A DNA stretch of 63,810 nucleotides, the filler included, from Octopus bimaculoides (taxonomy: Eukaryota): NCBI RefSeq assembly GCF_001194135.2. It is 5 parts of 5 records of this genome, joined end to end, with 100 filler letters (N's around TTAATTAATTAA, not from the genome) between each part and the next. Parts side by side here need not be neighbours in the genome. Positions count along the whole stretch, not along the records: positions 62,447 to 63,810 come from NC_068999.1; 4 more parts are not named here. One strand, 5' to 3'. Shown piece by piece: positions 62,830 through 63,810 of the stretch. The notes beneath the pieces were generated by a model. It was given only the letters and a program-made list of their open reading frames with translations, had not been told where the DNA came from and ran no database searches. A program made the translations under genes and the position numbers. Numbering within the stretch: the stretch's first letter is position 1; the number at the start of each line of letters is the position of its first letter.

Positions 62830-63345
62830 CAGATTCTACTGGCTGTTAACTGCTGTCCATGCTCACTGCCAAGTCTAGCATCTCCTTCAGTAGACTCTGC
62901 AAGGAACCTAGGTGAGGGTGGTCTCTGCTTCTGAAGCAAGTTGTAGATCTACAGAGTTGTTTTTCTGCCACACTTGCTGCATGTCAGTGAGACATTGTGC
63001 AAAATGCTGCATGTTCTTTAGTAGGGCGTATTTTGAGGTTCTCAATCAAGCAGTGTTGCACACCACCCACACTTCTCTGTGAAGAGCTCAGCTGCAGTGG
63101 TTCAGTCACAATGCCAGAACAGATATTGATTGACTTCTGAAGCAGCTTTCAACAGCAACTTAGTAGATGTCCAGTCAGTGGAGAGCACAAATACCACATG
63201 GATACTCTCAGTCTGTTCTAAAGGACTTCAGCATTAATCCTGACCCAAAAGAGATCATTGCAGACAAGAAATCAGCCTAGTGCAATTTCATAAGGAAAGA
63301 TGTCCCATAGCAAATTAGCAGGCTAGGAGAAGTTGGGCTGAGCAG
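62830..63345 (-). mobile_element. Possible decayed RTE-clade LINE 3' end
   Basis: Fragments ending ...LTCSKCGRK resemble the terminal CxxC of RTE ORFs; many stops. Confidence 0.3.
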
Positions 63346-63770
63346 AAGAAGTAGCTGTAAGGAAGCTGAGCATCTTATAAATGAATAAATAAATTACTTG
63401 CCAGCCTCTCCTGGACATGGGTGATGTCATATTCATCATATACATCGTCCATATGGACAGATAATGTGGATATGTATTTTGTCAGTTTTTGGTCTAACCA
63501 GTGATGTAAGTGTTGAATGTTAGCAGTTAATGTAAACCAGTTAATTAATTGATTGTTATAAGGACGGACATTTTTGATTTTTAATTACAGGGTATCAAAT
63601 AGTGTTTGTTAAAAATGAGAGCAATCATCTCTCTAGTTATGAAGAGACAGGAGGAGAAAAACATGGCATAAGTAAAAGAGCAAACAAATAAAATGCAAAT
63701 AAGATGGGCGAAAAAATAATTCATTAAACAAAAAATGACCTAAGTTTATAAAAGACAGGGATCTCTTTAC

Positions 63771-63810
<40 letters not shown>

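Overview
Repeat-dense, AT-rich animal genomic DNA from a gapped draft assembly (about 9 kb of N by my count of the gaps, plus four artificial TTAATTAATTAA linkers). The SINE repertoire and microsatellite load resemble an octopus/coleoid genome; this is an inference. I can assign no conserved host gene, and almost every ORF in the track is a microsatellite or N read-through. Supported content: several families of tRNA-derived SINEs that swap heads and tails, two decayed R4/Dong-clade non-LTR retrotransposon fragments, mariner and pogo/Tigger transposase relics, a 164-bp solo LTR inside a mariner, MITE/foldback palindromes and a 26-bp minisatellite. There are also two weak candidate gene starts. 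The main find is a set of dispersed type I hammerhead-ribozyme motifs, folded by hand. Three have intact catalytic cores (29333-29393 +, 35836-35898 -, 50777-50840 -) and three are degenerate. One intact motif sits inside a 503-bp monomer with 28-bp terminal redundancy, which looks like a Penelope-associated or retrozyme-like RNA element.
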